This document shows positions 48,753 through 57,117 of a stretch of 64,000 nt of DNA, piece by piece. The notes beneath the pieces were generated by a model. The model saw only the letters and a list, made by a program, of their open reading frames with translations, was not told the origin of the DNA and searched no databases. Made by a program: the position numbers and the translations under genes. Each line of letters begins with the position of its first letter. Positions within the stretch are counted from its first letter, which is position 1. This DNA is from Syntrophales bacterium (GTDB lineage: Bacteria > Desulfobacterota > Syntrophia > Syntrophales > UBA6807): the NCBI GenBank assembly GCA_040767195.1, contig JAXGPA010000001.1, forward strand, positions 1-64,000, written 5' to 3'.

Positions 48753-49811
48753 ATGGAACAGATCCGCTCCTGGTTCAGAAAACATTTGAACAACCCCCAG
48801 GTGGTCATCCTCGTCGGCCTGCTGGTTTTGGGGTATCTTCTCATCGCCTTTTTCGGGGGGATGCTCCTCCCCTTTTTCGCGGGACTCGTCATCGCCTACC
48901 TGCTCGAGGGCCTCGTGAGTCCCCTGGTCCGGTATCACGTCCCGAGGCTCCTGGCCGTCCTTATCGTCCTTATCGCCTTCATGACGGGCCTCTTTTTCTT
49001 TTTCTTCTGGCTCCTGCCCCTCCTCACCGGGCAGATCACCCAGCTGGTCCAGCAGCTTCCCGTCATCATCACCAAAGCCCAGGAGCTTCTCCTCAGGCTA
49101 CCCGAGCACTACCCCGCCCTCATCACGAAAGAACAGATCGTCGAGCTCACGGCTTTTCTGCGAACGGAGATCTTCGGCCTCGGCCAGACGATGGTCTCCG
49201 TGTCCGTGGCGTCCGTTCTGGGACTCATCACGATCGTGATCTACCTCATCATCGTCCCCATGCTCGTCTTCTTCTTTCTCAAGGACAAGGACAGGCTTCT
49301 CCCGTGGGTCGCCTCGCTCCTGCCCCGGCAGCGCCGGCTCGCCGGCGAGGTCTGGCGGGACGTGAATGTTCAGATCGGCAAATACATCCGGGGCAAGACC
49401 TGGGAAATCCTGATTATCTGGGGAGTCACCTACGCCGCCTTTCTCTGGCTGAAACTCCCCTACGCCATGCTCCTGGCCCTCTTCACGGGGCTGTCCGTCC
49501 TCATCCCTTACATCGGCGTCGCCGTGGTTGTCATCCCCGTGGCCCTTGTCGCCTTTGCCCAGTGGGGATTCGCTTCCCCCTTCTTTTACACCATCGGCGC
49601 CTACGCCGTTATCCAGATCGTGGACGGCAACATTCTCGCCCCGCTTCTTCTTTCGGAAGCCGTGGACATTCACCCGGTGGCCATCATCGCGGCCATCCTC
49701 TTTTTCGGCGGGCTCTGGGGTTTCTGGGGGGTGTTTTTCGCCATACCCCTGGCTACGCTCGTCCAGGCGGTATTGAAGGCCTGGCCCAGGCAGGGGGAAC
49801 AGCCAGAATAA
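48753..49811 (+). CDS. AI-2E family (PerM-like) transporter
   Basis: AYLLEG.V, YIRGK..EI, IPYIG, DGNILAPLL.SEAV.IHP, WGFWGVFFAIP. Confidence 0.92.
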   Translation: MEQIRSWFRKHLNNPQVVILVGLLVLGYLLIAFFGGMLLPFFAGLVIAYLLEGLVSPLVRYHVPRLLAVLIVLIAFMTGLFFFFFWLLPLLTGQITQLVQQLPVIITKAQELLLRLPEHYPALITKEQIVELTAFLRTEIFGLGQTMVSVSVASVLGLITIVIYLIIVPMLVFFFLKDKDRLLPWVASLLPRQRRLAGEVWRDVNVQIGKYIRGKTWEILIIWGVTYAAFLWLKLPYAMLLALFTGLSVLIPYIGVAVVVIPVALVAFAQWGFASPFFYTIGAYAVIQIVDGNILAPLLLSEAVDIHPVAIIAAILFFGGLWGFWGVFFAIPLATLVQAVLKAWPRQGEQPE

Positions 49812-49940
49812 GAAAACAAAAAACCGGCCCTTCCTGTTCCGGGGAAAGGAGGGGGGGGGAACCCCGGAACGGCGCCGGATGGGGAATCCGGAACCTTTTA
49901 GGAGAAAGCCGGTTTTTTGTAATCTGTTGTTCTCTTTTCA
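49812..49940 (-). ncRNA. Candidate small RNA (~125 nt) with C-rich loops
   Basis: Upstream minus-strand promoter; 13-bp closing IR extended by G-U pairs; U-rich 3' end; no plausible gene. Confidence 0.55.
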
Positions 49941-49945
49941 ATTTT

Positions 49946-49974
49946 ATAATATACACAACTTGCCCCCATGTCAA
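49946..49974 (-). promoter_or_regulatory. Sigma70 promoter pointing into the intergenic structured element
   Basis: Minus strand TTGACA-17 bp-TATTAT. Confidence 0.65.
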
Positions 49975-49999
49975 ATCCTGGGAAAAGAAAACCCTGGGT

Positions 50000-50785
50000 A
50001 TGAAACCGGAAAACCTGTCGAAAAATCGGGAACGGGACATCCGTCGTCTCCATCAGAAAAAAAACCGGGACCGGGAAAATTTGTTTCTCGCCGAGGGCTT
50101 TCACCTCCTGGAAGAAGCCCTCCAGGGGATCCTTCACCCGGTTCTCGAGGTTTTTGTCGAGGAAACGGCCCTTTCCCGCCTCGAGATCCTGGCAAAAAGA
50201 GTTCCCCGCCTTCGAAAGATCCCGGCTTACGTCCTGTCTCCCCGCCAGCTGGAGAAAATATCCACGGAAGAGACACCCCAGGGGGTCGTGTGCCTCTGCG
50301 AGAAGAAAAAAGGTCCGGGGAAAGGTCTCAACGAGGACTCCGCGCCATGGCTTCTCTACCTGGAAGAAATGTCCGACCCGGGAAACCTGGGGACCCTCCT
50401 TCGGACCGCCGCCTGGTTCGGCACGTCTCCCGTGCTCCTTGGTCCGAATTGCGCCGATCCTTTCAACCCCAAGGTCGTCCGGGCGTCCGCCGGCGCCGTT
50501 TTTCATGTCGAGATCCTGGAGGATATCAAACCGGATGATCTCAAGGAACTGGCTTCGAGGGAAGGATATGCCGTCGTCGCCGCCGTGCCGGAAGGGGGCC
50601 TCCCGCCGAAGGCCATCGGTAAAGGCGGCAGAAATATCATTTTGCTGGGAAACGAGTCCCGGGGGCTCTCGAAGGAACTCCTCGACCTGGCTTCCCAGCG
50701 GGTCACCATCCCTCGAAGAGGCCGGGGAGAATCCCTCAACGTGGCCCTGTCGGCGGCCATGCTTCTCTACGAGGTCTTCCGATAA
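50000..50785 (+). CDS. TrmH/SpoU family RNA methyltransferase
   Basis: FLAEG, DPGNLGTLLRTA, KVVRASAG, LGNESRG, ESLNVA. Confidence 0.92.
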   Translation: MKPENLSKNRERDIRRLHQKKNRDRENLFLAEGFHLLEEALQGILHPVLEVFVEETALSRLEILAKRVPRLRKIPAYVLSPRQLEKISTEETPQGVVCLCEKKKGPGKGLNEDSAPWLLYLEEMSDPGNLGTLLRTAAWFGTSPVLLGPNCADPFNPKVVRASAGAVFHVEILEDIKPDDLKELASREGYAVVAAVPEGGLPPKAIGKGGRNIILLGNESRGLSKELLDLASQRVTIPRRGRGESLNVALSAAMLLYEVFR

Positions 50786-50842
50786 GATGCCGCAGGCCAT
50801 GGGTGACGCCTGTCAGGGCGGCGCGCCCCTTACGATGAATGG

Positions 50843-50870
50843 GAGTTATTGAAATATTTAAGGACGTCCC
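50843..50870. repeat. Half-copy of family A palindrome
   Basis: GAGTTATTGAAATATTTAAGGACGTCCC identical to 4812-4839. Confidence 0.9.
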
Positions 50871-51030
50871 TTTTTTATAAACTTGACAAGACAAGGACCC
50901 GATAGTAAGTAAACTTCGTTTGCAAAATCCTGTTATAGAACCACGGTTGCCGGTCCCCCGGGTCCTGAAGGGGCGGCGAACCACGCCCGGCAGGGTGAAT
51001 CAACTTTCGAGAGCAAGAAGGAGGCTCGCT

Positions 51031-51795
51031 ATGAAGGCGTTTCGGTTTGCAGCAGTTTGGCTCGTTATTCTCGGTTTCGTCATCACGATCCCCCTGGGCG
51101 TCGACACGGCCCTGGCGGCCAAGAAAACCACCATCACCGTCGCCACCGACGCCACCTGGCCGCCCATGGAAATGGTTAACGAAAACAAGGAAATCGTCGG
51201 CTACGACATCGATTTCTTCCGGGCTGTCGCCGAGGAGGGCGGGTTCAACGTCGAGTTCAAGAACGTCGCCTGGGACGGCATCTTCGCCGGGATCGCCACA
51301 GGCAAATACGACGCCATCATCTCTTCCGTGACCATCACCGACGAGCGGAAAAAGAAGTTTGACTTCTCCGATCCTTACATCAACGCCGGGCAGATCCTCG
51401 TCGTCCCGAAGGAACTGGAGAACGTGGCCACCCTGGCGGACCTCAAGGGCAAGAAAGTGGGGGCCCAGATCGGCACGACGGCGACCTTTGAAATCAAGAA
51501 GGTCGAAGGGTTGGAACTGAAAGGTTACGACGAGATCGGCCTCGCTTTTGAGGACATGGCCGCCGGCCGGATCAGCGGCGTCGTGTGCGACACGCCCGTG
51601 GCGGCGGACTACGCCCTGCAGAGGCAGGAGTACAAGGAACGGTTCAAGATCGTCGGCGAACCTTTCACGGAAGAATACTACGGCATCGTCGTCCGGAAGG
51701 GGAACAAGAAGGTTCTCGACATGATCAACAAGGGCATCGCGGCCGTCAAGGCCAAGGGGACTGACAAGCAGATCGAGGAAAAGTGGCTCCGGTAA
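51031..51795 (+). CDS. Polar/basic amino acid ABC transporter substrate-binding protein
   Basis: AAGGAGG RBS; TDATWPPME, GYDID, TITDERKK.FDFSDPY. Confidence 0.92.
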   Translation: MKAFRFAAVWLVILGFVITIPLGVDTALAAKKTTITVATDATWPPMEMVNENKEIVGYDIDFFRAVAEEGGFNVEFKNVAWDGIFAGIATGKYDAIISSVTITDERKKKFDFSDPYINAGQILVVPKELENVATLADLKGKKVGAQIGTTATFEIKKVEGLELKGYDEIGLAFEDMAAGRISGVVCDTPVAADYALQRQEYKERFKIVGEPFTEEYYGIVVRKGNKKVLDMINKGIAAVKAKGTDKQIEEKWLR

Positions 51796-52595
51796 AGGGA
51801 AAAAGAATAGACGAAGACGAATCCCGGGCCGCCGTGATTGCCGTCGGCGACGGCCCGGCCATTCCCCTGAAAAAGGACATCGGTCTCTTCACGGCCTGGC
51901 GGATCGCCTTCTTCGGGGCCCTCGCCACGGTGGGGTACCTGATCTTCTTCAGGCCCGACCCCTACCGGGACATCATCGCCTTTCTCCCCGACGGGATCCT
52001 CGTCACGTTCCAGGTCACTGTCGAATCCATCATCCTCGCCCTCGTCATCGGCCTCTTCACGGGACTCGGCCGGCTCTCCAAGAACCGGATCATCAACGGG
52101 ATTGCCTCGCTCTACGTCGAGGTGATCCGGGGTATTCCCCTCCTGGTCCAGCTCTTCTACATCTATTTCGCCCTGGGAAGATTCGTCAACGTTCCCGCCA
52201 TGTGGAGCGCCGTCATCGCCATGGCCGTCTGTTACGGGGCCTACATGGGGGAAATCTTCCGGGCGGGCATCGAGTCCATCCCCAAGGGGCAGATGGAAGC
52301 GGCCCGCTCGCTCGGCATGAGCCACAGCCAGGCCATGACCCACGTGATTCTCCCCCAGGCCTTCAAGACCATTCTCCCCCCGGTGGGGAACGAGTTCGTG
52401 GCCCTGCTGAAGGACTCGTCTCTCGTCTCCATTCTCGCCGTTTCCGACCTTCTCCGGCGGGGGAGGGAGTTCGCTTCCGAAACATTCACCTATTTCGAGA
52501 CATACACCATGGTCGCCCTCATCTACCTCATCATCACCCTCTTTTTCTCGAAACTGATCAGCATCATGGAGGACCGCATCAGTGCCGGAAAGTAA
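51783..52595 (+). CDS. Amino acid ABC transporter permease
   Basis: [43 protein letters not shown]. Confidence 0.93.
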   Translation: MAPVKGKRIDEDESRAAVIAVGDGPAIPLKKDIGLFTAWRIAFFGALATVGYLIFFRPDPYRDIIAFLPDGILVTFQVTVESIILALVIGLFTGLGRLSKNRIINGIASLYVEVIRGIPLLVQLFYIYFALGRFVNVPAMWSAVIAMAVCYGAYMGEIFRAGIESIPKGQMEAARSLGMSHSQAMTHVILPQAFKTILPPVGNEFVALLKDSSLVSILAVSDLLRRGREFASETFTYFETYTMVALIYLIITLFFSKLISIMEDRISAGK

Positions 52596-53328
52596 GACCC
52601 GGGTCATCGTTGAAATGCGAAACGTTTACAAGTTGTTCGGAGAATTGAGGGCTCTGGACAACGTCTCCCTGGACATCTACGAGGGGGAAAAGCTCGTCAT
52701 CATAGGCCCCAGCGGATCGGGGAAGAGCACCCTCATCCGTTCCATCAACCAGCTCGAGAAAATAGACGGCGGTCGGATCGTCGTCGACGGGTACGACATC
52801 AACGACACCAAAACGGACATCAACAAGGTCCGGGAGGAAGTGGGGATGGTCTTTCAGTCCTTCAACGTCTTCCCCCACAAGACCGTCCTGGACAACGTCA
52901 ATCTCGCCCAGCTCATCGTCCGGAAGCGTTCCAAAAAGGAGGCCACGGAGATTTCGAAACAGCTTCTTCAGAAAGTGGGAATCCTGGAAAAGGCCGATCA
53001 GTATCCCCACAAGCTCTCCGGGGGGCAGCAGCAGCGGGTGGCCATCGCCCGGGCCCTGGCCATGCGGCCGAAGATCATGCTCTTCGACGAACCCACGTCG
53101 GCCCTGGACCCGGAAATGATCGGCGAAGTCCTGGAAGTCATGAAGAACCTGGCCCGGGAAGGCATGACCATGATCGTCGTCACCCACGAGATGGGGTTCG
53201 CCCGGGAAGTGGCCGACCGGGTCATTTTCATGGACTACGGGGCGATCATCGAAGAGGGAACGCCGGAACACTTCTTCACGGAACCGAAGCACGAGCGGAC
53301 GAAAACCTTCATGAAGCAGATTCTCTGA
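52582..53328 (+). CDS. Amino acid ABC transporter ATP-binding protein (GlnQ-like)
   Basis: [44 protein letters not shown]. Confidence 0.95.
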   Translation: MPESKTRVIVEMRNVYKLFGELRALDNVSLDIYEGEKLVIIGPSGSGKSTLIRSINQLEKIDGGRIVVDGYDINDTKTDINKVREEVGMVFQSFNVFPHKTVLDNVNLAQLIVRKRSKKEATEISKQLLQKVGILEKADQYPHKLSGGQQQRVAIARALAMRPKIMLFDEPTSALDPEMIGEVLEVMKNLAREGMTMIVVTHEMGFAREVADRVIFMDYGAIIEEGTPEHFFTEPKHERTKTFMKQIL

Positions 53329-53373
53329 TCGGGCCCCCATCGAGAGACCGGCGCGCGAAATGGGGATGGGATC

Positions 53374-54978
53374 ATGATCCACGGCGTTCTTCTCTTTCTC
53401 TCCGGCATCGTCCTCTTCCTCTTCGCCATGGCCGAGCTCAGCTCGACCGTCCAGGAACACCTGACCAATTTCCGGATCCGGGAATATTTCCGCCTCTCCG
53501 TCCGAAACCCCGTCTACGGGATCCTGACAGGGCTCATCACCACGATTCTCTTCCAGAGCAGTTCCGCCACATCGGTGGTCACCGTGGGCATGGTGAGCGC
53601 CGGACTCATCACGTTCTACCACTCCCTGGGCATCCTCCTCGGCGCGGACATCGGAACGACTCTCACCGTCCAGCTCGTCGTCTGGAAATTCACCGATGTT
53701 TCCCCCCTTCTCCTCATCGCCGGGAGCCTCCTTTGGATCGGCGGGAGAGGCAGAACCGCCATGGGCGGAAAGGCCCTTTTCTTCTTCGGGCTTCTCTTTT
53801 TCGGTCTCGGCCTCGTTTCCCAGGCGGCGGCCCCCCTCCGGGGGGACCCGACCGTCCTCGAATTTTTCCGCCGCGCCTCCCACCCGCTTTTCGGCATTCT
53901 CCTGGGGCTGGGGTTCGCCGCCCTGATCCAGACCTCCGCCGTCCCCATCGCCCTTCTCGTCATCCTGGCCCAGCACGGCCTCATGTCTCTGGAGACGGCC
54001 CTTCCCGTGGTTTTCGGCGCCAACATCGGGACCACCTCCACGGCCCTCTTCGCCGCCCTGGTGGCCAACGTGGAGGGAAGGCGTTCCGCCGTCTCCCATC
54101 TCCTGTTCAAAGTCGGGGGCACGGCCGCCTGTCTTCTCTTCCTGTCTCCCTTCACGACCCTTCTTGAAACGCTGAGTTCCGGGATCGCCCAGCAGATCGC
54201 CCTGGGTCACCTCCTTTTCAACGGCGTCGTCGTCCTTCTCTTTCTCCCTTTCATCGGACCCTTTTCACGATTCATGGAGAAGGTCCTGCCGGGGAAAGGG
54301 GACCACATTCCCCTGTGGCCCATCTACCTGGACGAGCGCCTCTTCACCGAGCCGCCCCGGGCCCTGGAGGCCGCCGGGAAGGAACTGGCCCGGGAACTGG
54401 ACCTGGCGAAGAAAATGTACGGGAAAAGCATCGGCCTTCTCAACCGGTACGAAGAAAAAGAGAGGCGGAACGTCACGTACATCGAAATGGTGGTGGACAA
54501 CATCCGGGGAGCCCTGGGCCGTTATCTCTGCGGCGTGGCCCGGCAGCCCCTGTCCCCGGAACGGTCGAAGCGGCTTTTCATCTACTCCGCCCTGGTGGAC
54601 GACTTCGAGCGGATCGCCGACCACTCCATGAACCTGGCCGAACTGGCGGAAACGAAACACCAGGGGAACGTCCGGTTCACCGATTTCGCCGATAACGACC
54701 TGAGGAGGATCATCTCGCTGGTAACGGAAAACCTGGAAGACGCCCGGGCCCTTCTCGAAAAACGGGACGAAATGAAGATCAAGGCCATCTACGACCGGGA
54801 GGAGGCCGTGGACGCCCTGGTCCGGGAGGCCCGGGACAGCCACCTCGCCCGGTTCTACAAGGGGATCTGCATGGCCGAGGCGGGCCCGATCTTCGTGGAG
54901 ATCCTTCTCAACCTTGAGCGGATCTCGGACCACTGCGAAAACACCGCCGATTACATCTGGGAGTTCAAGGAGGATTAG
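53374..54978 (+). CDS. Na/Pi cotransporter family protein with PhoU domains
   Basis: QSSSAT, GADIGTT, GANIGTT, ERIADH and ERISDH. Confidence 0.92.
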   Translation: MIHGVLLFLSGIVLFLFAMAELSSTVQEHLTNFRIREYFRLSVRNPVYGILTGLITTILFQSSSATSVVTVGMVSAGLITFYHSLGILLGADIGTTLTVQLVVWKFTDVSPLLLIAGSLLWIGGRGRTAMGGKALFFFGLLFFGLGLVSQAAAPLRGDPTVLEFFRRASHPLFGILLGLGFAALIQTSAVPIALLVILAQHGLMSLETALPVVFGANIGTTSTALFAALVANVEGRRSAVSHLLFKVGGTAACLLFLSPFTTLLETLSSGIAQQIALGHLLFNGVVVLLFLPFIGPFSRFMEKVLPGKGDHIPLWPIYLDERLFTEPPRALEAAGKELARELDLAKKMYGKSIGLLNRYEEKERRNVTYIEMVVDNIRGALGRYLCGVARQPLSPERSKRLFIYSALVDDFERIADHSMNLAELAETKHQGNVRFTDFADNDLRRIISLVTENLEDARALLEKRDEMKIKAIYDREEAVDALVREARDSHLARFYKGICMAEAGPIFVEILLNLERISDHCENTADYIWEFKED

Positions 54979-54981
54979 GGT

Positions 54982-56175
54982 TCAGTTCCGGGACATGAGG
55001 GACCGGACGGCCTTTTCCAGCCCGTCCAGGGTCAGCTCGAACATGGGGAAGATCTTCCCGATTTTCCCGATGGACCACGTGTAGGGCCACTCGGGCTCGC
55101 TTTTCGGGTTCAGCCAGACCGCGTGGGGAAAAGAATCGGCGAGAAGGCGGAGGGACGCGATGCTCGGTTTCGTCTTTCTCCTTGTCAGGTAGATCCGCCC
55201 CGCCGGGTCGATGAGTTCGTAAGGCCCCATGCTGGCATCCCCGACGATGATCACCCGGGTCTCCCGGTCCTGCCGGACGAACTCGGCAACGGGAACGGGT
55301 TTCGTCCAGCGCTGGGGATCGAGCCAGACCTCCTCGTAAATGGTGTTGTGGAAGAAGTAGATCCTGAGATCCCGGAACTGGGCCCGGGCGTAGTGAAAGA
55401 GGGTCTGGACGAGGGGGATGTAGGGGTCCATGGACCACCCCCCGTTGTCGATGAGAAGGGCCACCTTGAGGCGGTCCCGAAGCCTGCGGTCATAGACGAT
55501 TTCGATCTCCCCGGCGTTCCGGACGGTCTCGTAGACCGTCTTGTCCACGTTGACCACGTCCTTCGGGCCCTCGGGGACCATCCGCCGCAGCCTCTTCAGG
55601 GCCTCCCCCATCTGGGCGGCGGTGAGGACCCCTTCCTGGGAATAGTCCCGGTAGCGGCGGTCCATGGCGACCTTGACGGCCGACCGGTTCCGGGACACGC
55701 CGCCCACCCGCATCCCCCCGGGGTGATACCCCGAGTGCCCCACCGGGGACGTCCCGCCCGTTCCGATCCACCGGTTTCCCCCGTGGTGGGCCTCCGTCTG
55801 CTCCTTGAGGCGGTCGTAGAAATACTGGACGACCTCTTCCGGCGTCATGTCCTGAAGCTTTTTCTCGTCCAGGCCGAGGGACGCCGCCAGTTCCCGGGGG
55901 TTCTTCAGCCACTCCTCCAGGAGGGCCCGGGCGACTTCCAGGAGTTCCGCCTCCCCCGGTTCTTCCAGGTCCTCCCCCCGGAAATGGCGGGCGAACACCT
56001 GGTCGTAGATGTCGAAATACCGCTCGCTCTTGACGAGAACGGCCCGGGCGGTGGTGTAAAAGTCCTGAAGGGTCGTGACGAGCCCCATGGCCAGGGCCTT
56101 CTGGAGCCGGAGGAAGGCCGTGGGCGTGATGGGGACCCCCCGGTCCCGAAGCTCGTAGAAAAAAGAGACGAACAC
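54982..56175 (-). CDS. VWA-domain (CoxE-like) protein
   Basis: HHGGNRWIGTGGTSP, IDNGGWSM MIDAS-like, VGDASMGPYEL, VWLNP. Confidence 0.85.
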   Translation of the reverse strand: MFVSFFYELRDRGVPITPTAFLRLQKALAMGLVTTLQDFYTTARAVLVKSERYFDIYDQVFARHFRGEDLEEPGEAELLEVARALLEEWLKNPRELAASLGLDEKKLQDMTPEEVVQYFYDRLKEQTEAHHGGNRWIGTGGTSPVGHSGYHPGGMRVGGVSRNRSAVKVAMDRRYRDYSQEGVLTAAQMGEALKRLRRMVPEGPKDVVNVDKTVYETVRNAGEIEIVYDRRLRDRLKVALLIDNGGWSMDPYIPLVQTLFHYARAQFRDLRIYFFHNTIYEEVWLDPQRWTKPVPVAEFVRQDRETRVIIVGDASMGPYELIDPAGRIYLTRRKTKPSIASLRLLADSFPHAVWLNPKSEPEWPYTWSIGKIGKIFPMFELTLDGLEKAVRSLMSRN

Positions 56176-56178
56176 GGC

Positions 56179-57030
56179 CTACCTCATGACCTGGGAAGCC
56201 TTCCGGGCGGCGATGGCGAGATCGGGGCTCTTCTTGTAGAGGACGCCCAGGTAGGGGACGTCGCCCTTCTGCAGGCCCGACACGGTGAAACCGGGGTCCG
56301 CCCGGAGGGCCCGGATCCAGTTGAGGAGCTCCCGGGTGGCCGGTTTCTTTTCGATCCCGTCGATCCCCCTGAGGCGGTAGAAGGCTTCCACGCACGCCCG
56401 CACCACGTCCCCCTTCAGATCGGGAAAGTGAACGGTCACGATGCGGCCCATGGTCTCCGGGTCGGGAAAGGCGATGTGATGGAAGTTGCACCGTCCCAGG
56501 AAGGGGTCGGAAAGGTCCTTTTTCGCGTTGGAGGTGATGATCACCACGGGCCGGTGCTTCGCCCGGACGGTCTTGTCGATCTCGATGATGTCGAAGGCCA
56601 TCTGGTCCAGCACGTCGAGCATGTCGTCCTGGAAATCCGAATCCGCCTTGTCGATCTCGTCGATGAGAAGGACCGTCCGGAGATCGGAGACAAAGGCCTG
56701 GCCGATCTTCCCCATGCGGATGTAGTCCTCGATGTTGCTCACGTCCCGCGTCGAGTCGCCGAAACGGCTGTCGTTGAGCCGCGTCAGGGTGTCATACTGG
56801 TAAAGCGCCTCCACGAGCTTCATGCTCGACTTCACGTTCAGGACGATGAGCGGCATGGCGAAGCTCCGGGAAATAGCATGGGCGAGCATGGTCTTGCCCG
56901 TGCCGGGCTCCCCCTTGAGGAGGAGGGGCATCTCCAGGGCCATGGAAATGCTCACGATCTTTTCCAGTTCCTCGTCAAGGATGTATTTGGACGTCTTGCG
57001 GAATTCCTCGTGTACGTTTTCAGTCTTCAT
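56179..57030 (-). CDS. MoxR family AAA+ ATPase (CoxD-like)
   Basis: GEPGTGKT, LLIDEIDKAD, ITSN.K.L.DPFL.RC. Confidence 0.92.
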   Translation of the reverse strand: MKTENVHEEFRKTSKYILDEELEKIVSISMALEMPLLLKGEPGTGKTMLAHAISRSFAMPLIVLNVKSSMKLVEALYQYDTLTRLNDSRFGDSTRDVSNIEDYIRMGKIGQAFVSDLRTVLLIDEIDKADSDFQDDMLDVLDQMAFDIIEIDKTVRAKHRPVVIITSNAKKDLSDPFLGRCNFHHIAFPDPETMGRIVTVHFPDLKGDVVRACVEAFYRLRGIDGIEKKPATRELLNWIRALRADPGFTVSGLQKGDVPYLGVLYKKSPDLAIAARKASQVMR

Positions 57031-57117
57031 CCGTTTCCCGTTGGACCTCCTTCAAAAAAGGAACCTTTTAACACAGAAGGCCAGGGAATCGCAAATTCTC
57101 GAATCGGTCCGTCTTTT

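Noticed and set aside
49304..49999. N-terminal extension of the 493-aa TrmH ORF
   Set aside because: It overlaps the AI-2E gene out of frame; TrmH similarity starts near 50000.
54982..57030. MoxR-VWA pair as a defence or novel system
   Set aside because: A common chaperone-like pair with no accompanying effector genes.
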